A DNA stretch of 124,000 nucleotides. Source: Octopus vulgaris (lineage: Eukaryota). The stretch spans positions 60,036,001 to 60,160,000 of the forward strand of contig OX597826.1 in the NCBI GenBank assembly GCA_951406725.2, read 5' to 3'. Made by a program: the position numbers and the translations under genes. The notes below the pieces were generated by a model. The model did no database searches and was not told the origin of the DNA. It saw only the letters and a program-made list of their open reading frames with translations. Positions 29,018 through 42,927 of the stretch are shown in pieces. Position 1 is the first letter of the stretch, and each line of letters opens with the position of its first letter.

Positions 29018-29645
29018 AAGGGGTTGAACAAAATAATGGAAACACCTAGCATCATAACCGTTAAAAGCTTTTTATTTTAATGTTTTTGATTTATTATTTG
29101 TGTTGCTTAATATGTTTTGATAATATTGCTGTTTCTTTTCAGATAACATTAGAAAAAGGTAATTAAAATTCATTAAAATGACAGATCTATCATACTTTCA
29201 AAGAAGTCAAATCGTTGGTGCTCGTATGGCAGGCACTAGCGTAAAGAAAACAGCTGAAAATGTTTGGTGTATCAAGAAGTACTGTCTCAAAAGTAATGAC
29301 AGTCTTTGAGGAAGAGGTAAAAAAAAACCTCCTCGTCAAGGCAAAACTCCGGAAGTAAACCAAAATTTCAGATAGGGACCGTCGGACTCTTACACGAATT
29401 GTTAGAAAGAATCACAAAAGTATAGCTCCCAAAATTAATGCAGAGCTTAATGACCACCTCGAGAACCTTGTTTCCCCAAAAAATGTTCACCGGGAGCTGC
29501 ACAAAATCGGATTTCATGGGAGTTCTGCAATCAGAAAACCACTACTTTAAAAAACAAACGTTGCAAAGCGTTCAGAGTGGAGTAACATCTTATATAATTG
29601 GTCCCTAGAGTAGTGGAAGGATGTTATTTTCTCGTTACGAGTCAT
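29018..29645 (+). mobile_element. Tc1-family transposon, 5' half (left TIR plus truncated transposase from ATG 29178)
   Basis: TA|AAGGGGTTGAACAAAATAATGGAAACACC is a Tc1-type TIR. Translation MTDLSYFQRSQIVGARMAGTSVKKTAE...GVSRSTVSKVM...DRDRRTLTRIVRKNHK...RELHKIGFHG...AIRKPLL...WKDVIFS shows the paired-like HTH and the start of DDE; frameshifted. Confidence 0.9.
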
Positions 29646-29877
29646 TTATGTGTGTCTTTGTACCTGTGTTTCTCCTCCTACCACCGCTTGATAACAGATG
29701 TTGTTGTGTTTACATCAGTCTTGATCACAGACACCGATAGAATAAGTACTATTCTTACAGGGAATAAGTCCTGGGGCCGATTTCTTCGACTGAAAACCGC
29801 TTTAAGGTGATGCTCCAGGATCATAGTAGTCAAATGATTGAAATAAAAGAATAAAAAATCTATGTATATATATATAT

Positions 29878-29912
<35 letters not shown>

Positions 29913-30319
29913 CATACATATATGTGTTTGAAAATAATTCACTATTTATAAGGTACTTATAAATTATTTATTAATTGGAAATTTTATATCAAAATATTTG
30001 TGTTTGTTTTTTCAAGAATTAATAAATAATTTATAAGTCTTTTAAAATAGGGAGTTACTTTACAATCACCTACTATATGAAAACACACATACATATACAC
30101 ACGTATGTCTATATACATTCAAACACAGGGCTTCCAACCACACACAAGTGCGTATCTATGGCTGTGTTATGTATGTTTATATCCTCTTTCCGAGTGATGC
30201 ATATGACAGTACAAATCCCGAGCTAGAATAGTCCCTTACAAGAGTCGCAAACACTTCCTTGTTTCTCTCCTCTAGAAATGCAGTCTAAGAGTAATTAGTC
30301 TATTTGAAATTTGTAACCA

Positions 30320-30745
30320 TAGGCATAGGAGTGGCTGAGTGGTAAGTAGCTTGTGTACGAAACAGATAGTTCCGGGTTCAGTTCCACTATGTGACACCTT
30401 GGGCAAGTGTCTTCTACTATAGCCTCGGGCCAACCAAAGCCTTGTGAGTGCATTTGGTAGACAGAAACTGAAAGAAGCCCGACGTATATATGTATATATA
30501 TATTTATATATATATGTATATGTGTGTGTGTGTGTGTGTTTGTGTGTGTGTGTCTGTGTTTGTGTGTCTGTGTTTGTCCCCCAACATAGATTGACAACCG
30601 ATGCTGGTGTGTTTACGTAACTTAGCGGTTTAGCAAAAGAGACCGATAGAATAAGTACTAGGGATCGATTTGTTCGACTAAAGGCGATGCTCCAGCATGG
30701 CCGCAGTCAAATGACGGAAACATGTAAAAGAGTAAAAGAGTAACC
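30320..30745 (+). mobile_element. SINE family A, full length
   Basis: AGGCATAGGAGTGGCTGAGTGGTAAGTAGC head through AAAAGAGTAAAAGAGT tail. Confidence 0.9.
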
Positions 30746-31546
30746 ATCGATATCATCATTTATCTTATTGCTAGTACGAAGTTTTATTCATTTTTAAGTT
30801 TCGTAATCACTTTTCTAAACATTCATTTTACTTAACCGAAAGCAATAACAATGAAAAGGGGATCGGTATAAATGTGAAACGATTTATCAGTAAGAAATAT
30901 CAGAGAGAGGCGCAGACGATCAAAATTAATATTACGTTGTTGATAATGCTGGGAGCTTGCAGAATCGTTAACATGCCGGGCAAAATACTTAATAGTCCTT
31001 CACGTTTTGGGTTCAAATTCTACCGTGATCGACTTTTCCTTTCATCCTTTCGGTGTCGATTAAGATATGTACCAGATGAAGACTGAAGTCAACCTAAACG
31101 ACTATACCCCTCTCTAACAATTGCTGGCCGTATGCCAAAATTTTCAAATTAATAATTTATTGTAGATCTGATGGTCAGTTCAGTGCAGCTTGACTAAATC
31201 TATCAAGAAACGTATTCCACCCGTAAGCAACGAGATTGTTTCTGTACAAGATAATATTGTCAAGTTTATATGCGACTCTATGATGTCCGGCGACTGATTT
31301 GTAGATTTGGTTAACAAATCCCACGTGCCAATAAGTATTGCTGTGTCATTTATTTATTTATTAGTGGGGGAAATTATTAAAATAGGTTACCTCTATATAT
31401 TAATTCCTTAACGTGTTTCACCCATGCTTCGTTTTGCTTAACTATATTCTAGTCTGTGTATCAACAAAGAAACCCGACAAAATGTATTTTTTTCTGACAG
31501 ATTATCTAAGCCTTTCTGATGCAATACCTTTTCCATTATTTTGCAG

Positions 31547-31769
31547 GTCGGGTGTAGGTCCGGGTGATATTAAATTAGAATTGTGGGATTTCTAAAAGGA
31601 GAAACAAAGATTTGAACGCTCCATTATTGCTTAGAAACGGCAAGAAATGTTGAATTTGAAACAGCTAACTACTCACTTAAACAATACTATTTGCTGTTAC
31701 AAATCGTTTTTCCACGTGACATCAATTTTGTTTTATTGAGAGAAAAAAAAGAGATACGGTTAAACAAGA
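31547..31769 (+). other. Possible exon (unidentified)
   Basis: Branch-like CTGAT and pyrimidine tract TTCCATTATTTTGCAG| upstream; donor-like GA|GTAAGA at 31769/31770. Only open frame is SGVGPGDIKLELWDF*. No homology recognised. Confidence 0.2.
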
Positions 31770-32392
31770 GTAAGAGAAATAGATACAGATGTAAAATTGT
31801 AAATTTTAGCAATATGAAACAAATGAAGCCATTTTATTAACTTTGATGGGAAATTAGCAAATATATTCTCATATTTTATCTACATTTTCTCAAATCTATG
31901 CAATCAATTCAAGTAAGTGGAAGAGAAAAAAAAAGCAAATGATTTGCTATCTCAACAAACACATTTTAACGTTGGTTTTAGCCTTCGGCAAATCGTCACT
32001 TTCCTCTAAGATCTCTTCAAGCGAGAAAAATATTGACGAATTTTTCAAAATTTCGTTCGTTTCTAAATCCACCACGAAACTGAAATACTAGAAGAGGAGA
32101 GATTACAGGGCATCACAAATTATTTCTCAGGTTTGATTCTTGTTGGTTAAAGGATATTAGACTATTAAGAAATAAATTGCATACATACAAATTTAAGTCT
32201 ATATATGTGAACGGATATATAACGACACTTCAGCTTGCTTTTCTTTCTCCATTCTATAAATATAAAGTTGATTCGAAATTGAAAATTTTCAGAAATTGAA
32301 ACTGGAAAGAAAGTTAAAACAGTTAGAAGCAAACATCTTACGTTAAATTATAAAATTGACATTCCGTCTGAATAGTTTCGGTTATATATAAG

Positions 32393-32455
<63 letters not shown>

Positions 32456-32492
32456 GCGTGTGTGTGTGTATGCGCATATACATATGTATATA

Positions 32493-32534
<42 letters not shown>

Positions 32535-32603
32535 TTATATACATAGATATACTTAAAATATATATTCATATATACACACATATATACAAACACACACACA
32601 CAA

Positions 32604-32636
<33 letters not shown>

Positions 32637-32939
32637 TATACATACACACAGACACACATATATATGTACGTATGTATGTATGTATATATATATGTGTGTG
32701 TGTGTGTGTATGTGTATGTATATGTGTGTGTGTATATAGATATGTGTGTATGTGTCTGTGTATGTGTGTGTGTGTGCTTTGTTTTTCGGGGGTATTCTTG
32801 AAATAGAAATAGTAATGATTGCCAACGTATTGAGAAGTTTACATAGATACATAAGTAAGTGCACTATTCGAAAGCGAATATACAGATAAGTATATGGACT
32901 CAGACACTTACACATACATACAAACGTCAAATAAACATG

Positions 32940-32971
32940 ATAATAATAATAGTAATTATAATCATACTACA

Positions 32972-33028
<57 letters not shown>

Positions 33029-33029
33029 G

Positions 33030-33126
<97 letters not shown>

Positions 33127-33140
33127 TAATAATAATAGTA
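32940..33140. repeat. (TAC)n-(AAT)n microsatellite
   Basis: Directly visible. Confidence 0.95.
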
Positions 33141-33257
33141 AAACAAAATTGGAGAATTCATCGGTGTATATAAATACCGAAATAAGTTTATATTTTTTTG
33201 TATCCGAATGCTAATGTATCTCTAGTGGTATGTATGGAAATCGAAACTTTTATGTGC

Positions 33258-33308
<51 letters not shown>

Positions 33309-34789
33309 TACATACATGTATACATACATGTACTTATTTACATGCAATTCTATTCTGTATGTGTATGTTCATATTTGCATACAAATACACACACACATAC
33401 ACACACACACACACTCACACACACAGAAACACATAGACATGCATAAATACGCGGACATGTACATCTGTCCGTATGTATACAGATATAACGCCACGCACAC
33501 TCACACACACACACACACACAAACGCACACAACTAAGAAATTCACACAGGATATGTAATGCAAAGACAAAAAATTAGCCAAGCAAATTAAATTAAAATCC
33601 CCATCACATAAGGAGATAGCGTCCCGTATCAAATAACGTAGCTACTTCCATTTTGTTTCTTAGCGTTGATTTTTATTTATTTCTATTTTGGAGAAAACAA
33701 ATATTCGTAGAGTGTTTATTTAAGTTTCACTTAACAAAAATGGCAGTCTTCGGCACGCACAATAATTCCTATAAAACTATCACGCCTAGTTAGTTTTACC
33801 ATTAAAGAAAATCACATAATTCGTGTTTATCTACTGCCGTTGATAGAAATAAACACACACCGATACTATTTATTTGTATATTATCGTTTTTATTTTATTT
33901 ATTGGTTTGTACTCTCAGATTTTACCTTGTTTCTTGTCTTATTCCATTTGTACATTCTTCTCTAAATTACCATTTGTGTTCATTTCATATATACTTCATT
34001 TAGAAAGATATTTCCATCAAAATTCTCATTTTATATTTTCAACAGGATTTGTTTAAACACAAACAGTAAAATACATTTTTGATTGTGTCATTAGGAAATG
34101 TGCACGCAGGCTTACACACACACACAAACGCACACACAAACACACAAACACACATACACACACACATGTATATATACAAACAAGCATGTATGTGTGTGTG
34201 TGTATGTTCGTAAATTTATCAGTACGTCAATATCTGTGAATAAACATTCTGTGTCATCAAACTTTGAATGTACCTCATATATCACTTTCTCTATTATTCC
34301 TGCTACTTCTCTCTCTGTTTCTATGTCTCTCTGTCGCTCCCGCCCTCTCTCTCATTACCTTCGTCTGTCTAGCTCTGTGTCTGTCTGCTCTCTCTCTCTC
34401 TCTCTCTCTCTGTACCTTCGTCTCTCTTTCTCTGTCTCTCTACTCTATATATATGTGTATGTGTTTGTGTGTATGCTTGTGCGTGCGTGTGTTTGTGCGA
34501 GCAGTCATGTATGTGAGCACGTGTGTGTGGATGTGTGGGGAGGGGGGTCTAGTGTTCAGGTTGTTCGAATCACGAAGGATATGGTTTGAGTTCGATTCCA
34601 GGCTAGAGCGTACGTTTTTGGTTAGTAAACATCATTTGGTTTGTGCACGTCTTTTCACGTTTTTTCAATCTCTTCATCCCAAAAAGATTATCAGTAATAT
34701 GTCCGTGAAAATTCATTTCACTCACTCTTTCTCTATATATATGTCTCTGTCTCTGTCTGTACCTTTTTCTGTCTCTGTCTCCCGATAGT

Positions 34790-35160
34790 TGTCACAATCT
34801 GGAGATGCCATTGTTTCAAAAGGTCGGTTATGGGTTCCGTCACACTTCATGACACCTTTGGCAAGTCTCTCCCACTTTGACATTGGGCCGACCAAAACCT
34901 CGTGAGTGGATTTAGTAGACGAAAACTGAAAGAAGCCCGTCGTGTATATGTGTGTGTGTGTCCATGTTTGTCTCCGAACATCGCTTGACAACCGATGTTG
35001 GTATGTTTAAATCCACGTAACTTAGCGGTTTGGCAAAAAGAATAGAATAAATACTAAGCTCTAAAATATAAGCCCTGCGGCCGATTGGTTCCGCTAAAAG
35101 CATTCAAGGCTGTGCTCAAGCATTGCCGTAGTCATATGACTGAAACAAATTATAAAGTAA
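34790..35160 (+). mobile_element. SINE family A (diverged head)
   Basis: Middle and tail motifs of family A. Confidence 0.8.
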
Positions 35161-35187
35161 AAGATATATATATATATGCATATATAT

Positions 35188-35710
35188 AATACACATATGA
35201 GAGAGAATCCACTAAAGTGGACGCCCTTACGCTAAAGAGAGATCCACATGAGTCGCAACCACTAAAAATTGTTCTCATTTGAATATAACTATGAATATAA
35301 TAGGCCGTACTGCTCGTATTTTTGACCTCGTGTTAATATATGGCGTGCAGTTCGACAAATTATATTTTTGACGGACTCCACTGATGACCTGCAAATTAAT
35401 TGTGTAAGTAAAATTGCATAATTTATTAACAGTGAAACAATAGTAAGGGGATTAACCTATATTTTTGTTATTTATCATTTATCCAGCTCGCTTACGTTCA
35501 TAGTGTGCTAAGTTTTTCTTAAGAACAAGTTTTAGTGGTTGAGACTCATGCGGATCTCTCTTTAGCGTAAGGGCGTCCACTTTAGTGGATTCTCTCTCAT
35601 ATGTGTATTAATAATATTTACTGAATCTCAGTTTTTTATGCGCTAAACCACTGGTGTTAAATTGATGTTATTAAATTAATATCCAATTTTTTCATCCTCA
35701 TTTTGATTAT
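35188..35710 (+). mobile_element. Foldback element, family F (87 bp inverted arms enclosing a hammerhead-like motif, plus 3' tail)
   Basis: Arm 35188-35274 pairs with 35523-35609; CTGATGA at 35381 and GAAACAATAGTA at 35434-35445; family F tail follows. Confidence 0.75.
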
Positions 35711-35899
35711 ATATATATATATATATATATATAACTTATAAATTAGGGCTAAAGAAAATTATTTCAATGCCAATATATATATGTATGTAGGTATGTATGT
35801 ATGTATGTATGTATGTATGTATGTATGTATGTATGTATGTATGTGTGTATGAGTTTATATCTGTGTGTATATATGTGTGTGTGTGTGTATTCTTTCATT

Positions 35900-36297
35900 T
35901 TTTATTCTTTTACTTGTTTCAGTCATTTAACAGCGGCCATGTTGGAGCACCGTCTTTCGTCGAGCAGACCGGCCCCAGGACATATTATTTGCAAGCCTAG
36001 TAGTTATCCTAGCGGTTTCTTTCGCCGAACCGCTAAGCCACGGGAACGCAAAAACACGCATACAAGCAAGCGATGTTGGGGCGAGGGGAGAACACACATA
36101 AACATACTTACACACACACACACACATATACGACAGACGTTTTTCAGTTTCCGTCTACCAAAACTGCTCACAATGCTTTGGTCGGCTCGAGGCTGTAGTA
36201 CAAAAGCCTATCCAAAGGTACCACGCAGGGGCACTGAATCCGGAACCATATGGTTGGTAGGCAAGCTACTTACCACCCTGCTAATACTGTGCCTATG

Positions 36298-36300
<3 letters not shown>
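35900..36300 (-). mobile_element. SINE family A
   Basis: Family A motifs on the minus strand. Confidence 0.85.
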
Positions 36301-36347
<47 letters not shown>

Positions 36348-36365
36348 TAGATAAATAGATAGATG

Positions 36366-36411
<46 letters not shown>

Positions 36412-36999
36412 CGCACATACATGAATGCATCCTGTTGGGGTCACGCGTGTGCGTGTGTGTAAATTTCGACTAAATTTCAGTTGTTTTCCTTTAATGTTAT
36501 ATAACACTTTTCAACGAAACACGAGAATGCAAAACCGTTTGCTAAAAAAATTGTGCAAATCAGTCAAGTAAGGAGAAACACGCGAGAAGAAAACTCGATT
36601 TCAATTTTCTATAACATTATGTAATTTGTCAAACGTATCAGAAATGCAGGTTGAATTCAGAATTTATGAAATATAATACTTTACAAATATAATACTTTAC
36701 AATTTCGTGATGCAATAATGACATAAGAATTGACAAATTTTTTATGAAAAAAATTTCGTTGTGTGTTGTGTAAGAGGAAATCATATGCTAGTACTGTAAC
36801 GCATATCTCTGCTGAATAATCCGATCCAGTACAAAGAAGAGACTAGCGGAGATTTGTATAGCGGTGTAAAGGTATCTTGGTCTATATATTTGTAAAGCGG
36901 AGTAAAGGTATCTGGGTTTTCAATTCATAATTTCAATGTGAAGTAAATCAGCTAAAAGACAGCAATTTTTAGGCCAAATTGGTTACATAGAACACAATC

Positions 37000-37378
37000 C
37001 TGACTGGCACTTTATATTATCGACGACGGCAGAATGGAAATAAAGTCGAGCTAGACATTTGGATTCAAAGCATAAAGTCGGAAAGAATGACACTAGGAGT
37101 TTAATCAGGTTTGCTAATAAAGACTCTGCCGGTTCGCCGCCTTAAAATACATTTTTAAACACTTTCAAATTTTGGTACAAGACTAGCAGGATCGGGGGAG
37201 GGAGAAAGTCGATTACATTTACTTCAATATTCCACTGGTACTTATTTTACCGACTTCAAAACGATGAAAGGCAAAGTCGACCCCGGTGGCATTTGAAATC
37301 ACAATGTGAAGATGGTCAAAATACCGCTAAGTATTCTGCTCCGCGTGCTAACGAGTCTGCTACTCGCCGCCTTACGAA
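37000..37378 (-). mobile_element. Two diverged family B SINE units
   Basis: Core GATGAAAGGCAAAGTCGACCCCGGTGGCATTTGAAATC at about 37263, plus a more decayed unit upstream. Confidence 0.7.
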
Positions 37379-38042
37379 TCAGTTATGTCATCATAATAAT
37401 TTCAACCGAGTGAATTTACTGCTTCTTTCACTTCCGTACATATATGCATTTTAATAAAAATTCATGATATTTAAAAAAAAAATAAAGAACGCAGTTTTTA
37501 AGCGTTAAAATTCCACATTTTGTTTGCATTCCAAACACCATCACAATGCATGTATATGTACGTATGCACATTTGTGTGTGTTTGTATGTGCGGTGGAGGG
37601 AGGCGTGCGTGTTTGTGTGTGCGTGTGTGTGTGTTTGTGTGTGTGTATGTGTGTGTAAGTATCTGTGGGTATGTGTGTGTGTGTGTATAAGTGCAGAGAA
37701 GCGAAGCCATAAGATTACGGTTGCTGATTTAGAATTCGCAAATATTACAGAATTGAAGCGAAGTTTCATTCTCTGTGAGGAACAATAGTAGATTTGCTTC
37801 TTTACACGTACTCGGTTCCATCAAAATACACTAGGGGTGTACATGGGATACACTTAAAGCGGGATTCAAGATGATTCAACGGTTAACACAAAATACATAC
37901 ACAAGTACGCACGCGCACTAGCATGCACACAGACACACACCTATATCATCACACACACACACACACATACACACACATATATATACGTGACATAGTATTT
38001 GAGACTTTGAGTATATATGAACATGCATTTATCCGTCTATCC

Positions 38043-38131
<89 letters not shown>

Positions 38132-38393
38132 CTTTTTTCATTTCTCTTTTCTTTTGTTCCTTTTCCTTTTCTTTTTTTTTCTTTTTATTCCTTTTATTTT
38201 TTTTGTTCTTTTCTTCCCTTTTACGATCCCTCTTGATCGAAAACCTACGCCACCCCTTTTTTTTCTTTTGTTTTTTTGTTTTTTTCATCCCCCAAAAGAA
38301 AAGCTCTACCTTGTAACTTGTCCCATCTGTGTGCAGCCCTGTGTGGCCAATAAAGAAACTTATCTATCAGTCTGTCTGTCTGTATGTCTGTCC

Positions 38394-38427
<34 letters not shown>

Positions 38428-38693
38428 ATGTCTGTCTGTTTGTCTATGTAAGCCATAGTTCAGTTTTATTTCAAAATTTCTTGTAAATAAAGAACGAGCC
38501 GGTTTCTAACCTAGATCCAAGGTTCCTTCATTGGTACTTCAACATCTACAAATGGGTATTTTTGCATGTATGTATGAGTCTATGTGTGCCTGTATGTACG
38601 TATGCATGCATGTATGAATGTATATTTCACTCTCTCTCTCTCTCTCTCTGTATATATACACACACACACAGACACAGACACACAGACACACAG

Positions 38694-38762
<69 letters not shown>

Positions 38763-38779
38763 TTAAAGGGTAAATGCCC

Positions 38780-39082
38780 CTGTAGTTCATGAATGACCAT
38801 GTGATTCCACCCCACTGTAACACAAATCTGGGCTAGATTGTTTATGGAAGACCAGCAGCCGTCCATGTATACTTCCCTCTCATCTCCATGCCACCGATTT
38901 TATCCAAGGGAAAGGCAAAGGCCGATACAGCTTGGCACCAGGGACATCTCAATATATTTCTACAGCTGAGTGAACTGGAGCAACGAGAAATAAAGTGTCT
39001 TGCTCAAAAACACAACACGCAGTCCGATCCAGAAACTCACTATCTCATGATTGTGAATCCGACGCTCGAACCACTGAGCCGT
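38780..39082 (-). mobile_element. SINE family D2 (family D head, alternative tail)
   Basis: Tail GGTGCCAAGCTGTATCGGCCTTTGCCTTTCCCTTGGATAA...CTGCTGGTCTTCCATAAACAA; sister copies at 49275-49500 (-) and 83492-83785 (+). Confidence 0.8.
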
Positions 39083-40464
39083 ACACACACACACTCACAC
39101 ACACACACACACACGGACACACATACTCACATACACCCGTACATATTTATAATATTCATATATATGTGAGTGTACGTATATGTCTATGTGTATGTGTCTT
39201 AATGTGAGTGTGATTCTGTGCGTACGAGAAAGAACATTGAATCTGAAATACGTCGTGTCTGCTTTTGTGGCCTTCACAAGTCAAGCTGACAATACTCTGC
39301 ACGAGGAAATTACATAAAACATGAAAGATCAGACATATAATACCAAAAGAAACACTTCTCTCAATCAATTCTATTTACCAATACAGAATGTAACGATACA
39401 GACCAGGAGCATTGCCATTTCCTTTATAAAGTGTCTTCGATCACTTCAAAATTGCACATTTTAACGGAATTCGATCTTTGTCGATATTTACCTGTTTTTT
39501 CATTGTATTTTGAAATATTTTTCGCTAGATGTATGAGTTTTTTGTTTTACCTTTATAATATGAATGTAATAAGGAATTGTCAAAAAATATTGCCAAAAGT
39601 ATTTCTTGTATAATTTCTTAGCTTTAACTAAAGAAAAGGTCGAGCTAAAAGTTAAAATAAAGACGTGTTTTGCAATCCCGTAATAAAATAACACTCTGTG
39701 CTCGCGCGCGTGACACCGATGCTGGGTGTGTTTACGCCCCCGCAAATTAGCGGTTCGGCAAAAGAGACCGATTTAATAAGTACTAGGCTTACAAAGAATA
39801 AGTCATGGGTTCGATTTGCTCGACTAAAAGCGGTGCTCCAGCATGGCCGCAGTCAAATGACTGAAACAAATAAACGAGTAAAAGAGAAAAGAGAACATTG
39901 TTAGAGGTTTTATACGAAATGCGGGGTCAAACTATTGGAGGGAATGTAAATTTTTCACAATATATGATAATGTTGAGTAATGTTGTTCTTAGACGTGTTG
40001 TGTTTATTGTGACTTCCACAAGCATAGCCTTTGTTAATTTCGACAGAAAATTTCATTAGCGATGCTGTCAATTCTAAAATATCACAGACACCAAACAGCT
40101 TTAATTATGTTACTTAAAAAAATCCAGAAAGAAATTCAGATGCTATATGAATGTTCATGAACAAAACAATGAAATTTCAAGTACTTTGCCAACAAGCCTC
40201 CATACAATGCAAACTGGATACAGGATTAAAGGATATTGTAATACCTGATTAAATAAAAATTATTGCATCACCTAGGAAAACAGAGTTTTATGATGCATAT
40301 ATACACATTCACTCTCACATATTATACAGATATGCGTGTGTGATTTGTGTACATGGGTGGCTCTGTATCATTATATATGCATGCATGTATTTATGGATGG
40401 ATGGATGATTGTGTGTATGCGTTTATGCATGCATATATGTACGTATGTATATATGCATGTATGC

Positions 40465-40560
<96 letters not shown>

Positions 40561-40816
40561 CTTACAAAAACACACAAACACACACACGCAGACACATACA
40601 CGTGCACACACACCTCCTGATGTGTTTTTATAGTTCTATCAGTATGTATGGGCAAGAAAGACGGGTTACGAAATGATGGTTGCATTCTATAACGAAAATT
40701 ACAAAAAAAAAAGTATTATGTTGATAAGGCTTTAGCTAGTGACATAATCCTACTGAAATATTTTCGTATTCTCCTGTAATATCTGCGATGAAAATATATG
40801 TGCGTATGTACGTATG

Positions 40817-40859
<43 letters not shown>

Positions 40860-40874
40860 GCATATATATATACA

Positions 40875-40920
<46 letters not shown>

Positions 40921-42082
40921 TATATACATATATACATATATAATGTTAAATACATACATATATATATATGTATATATATATATATATGTTACATACATAC
41001 ATATATATATATATATGTAATGTGTATATATATATACATATATAAATACATATAATGTATATATATATATATACACATATACATATATATACATATGTAT
41101 ATGCATATATGTGTGTGTGTGTGTGTGTGTATATATACATGTATTTATACATTCATGCATACGTAAATACATACATATAGAGGCAAAAAATATTTAATAT
41201 TGTTAACACGAAATATAAAATTCTCTTTTGCGATTTTGTGATTATTTTAAAATTTATATTTTTTGTGAATATTTATCAAAACGTTATTTTGTAAAGTATT
41301 GCCATATAAATTCTCCTCCTTGTATATTAACATTCTTAAAGGTAAAAAAAAATTGAGAACTTAACAAAAATATTAATATTAATCACGAAAGTATTTGAAA
41401 TATTGAAATTTAATAGTTGTTACTAAGAAAAATTATTTTTCTACTCAAAATTCAAACGTTGTCTACAGAATAAAGAGAAAAAAATATTATAAAACCAAAA
41501 GGAACACTTAAATTTTTTTTCTTTTTAACAGGAACAAAAATCGATAAAACCTATTTTAGCGAGTTTAAAACAAAGAAAATATACTAAAATCATTTGGAAT
41601 TCTGACCTAAGACTTGTTATTATAATTTGAAAGAAATTCCTTTTGTGATCTGCTGACACTTATTCTTAACTAAAGGTTTGCGAATGTAAATTTGATTTAT
41701 TCAAAATCTTGGACTTGGTGGAAAGGATGAATAAACATCTGCTCACTGACGCATGTCTAACCTCTTCAGTTTGTACTTATTTTAGTTTTTGCATGCGTGA
41801 AATTGTCAGTACTGTTTGGTTTAATTAACCAAGCGTGACAAATATGAGGAACATGCCAGGGTAATTATGGTGTTGATGCTGTTGAAGAAATGTTATATTA
41901 TACACCTACGAGGATCCGGCAATTTCTCTACGCCGAATTTTAAGTTGACATCCATCAATTTGAAGGTTATACTTAGGTATATCTGGTGGTTTGGAAGCTC
42001 GCTTTGCAACCATGTTTTTGTGATGATTTTTACTGAGCGACTTTTGGGCAAACTTATTTTTATATGCGCGTGTAAATATATG

Positions 42083-42149
<67 letters not shown>

Positions 42150-42157
42150 ATGTATGC

Positions 42158-42466
42158 GGATGCGCAATGGCCCAGTGGTTAGGGAAGCGGAATCGCGGTC
42201 GTAGGATCGTGGTTTCGATTCCCAGACCGGGCGTTGGGTGTGTTTATTGAACGAAAACACCTAAAGCTCCACGAGGCTCCGGCAGGGGGTGGTGGCGATC
42301 CCTGCCGTACTCTTCCGCCACAACTTTCTTTCACTCTTTCTTCTGTTGGCCTACTCGCTTAGCCAGTGGGGTGGCGTAATTTGAAGGCTAAAACAATGCG
42401 AAGCGCATTGTGACAAGCGATGTGTAACAACATCTGATAGTCTGGTCGGTCACGTGATCACGTGAT

Positions 42467-42526
<60 letters not shown>

Positions 42527-42846
42527 ATGTGTGTGTGGAGGCGCAATGGCCCAGTGGTTAGGGAAGCGGAATCGTGGTCGTAGGGCCGCGGATTCGATTC
42601 CCAGACCGGGCGTTGTGAGTGTTTATTGAGCGAAAACACATAAAGCTACACGAGGCTCCGGCAAGGATTGGTGGCGATCCCTGCTGCACTCTTTCGCCGC
42701 AACTTTCTCTCACTCTTTCTTCTGTTGGCCTGCTCGCTTAGCCAGCGGGGTGACGTCATTTGAAAACTAAAACAATGCGAAGCGCATTGTGACCAGCGAT
42801 GTGTAGCAACATCTGATAGCCTGGTCGGTCACGTGATCACGTGATA
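42158..42846 (+). mobile_element. Tandem pair of SINE family C2
   Basis: Two about 310 bp copies (42158-42468, 42537-42846) with family C head and tail ATGCGAAGCGCATTGTGAC...GGTCACGTGATCACGTGAT; sister copy at 86113-86425 (-). Confidence 0.9.
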
Positions 42847-42870
42847 TGTATGTATGTATGTATCTCTCTC

Positions 42871-42927
<57 letters not shown>

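Noticed and set aside
31547-31595. IKLELWDF as a Rab/Roc GTPase switch motif
   Set aside because: An immediate stop replaces the required AGQ/GGQ continuation and no P-loop exon was found.
42158-42235. tRNA-like sequences (also at the heads of families A-D)
   Set aside because: They have A/B boxes but no complete cloverleaf and continue into SINE cores, so they are SINE heads, not tRNA genes.
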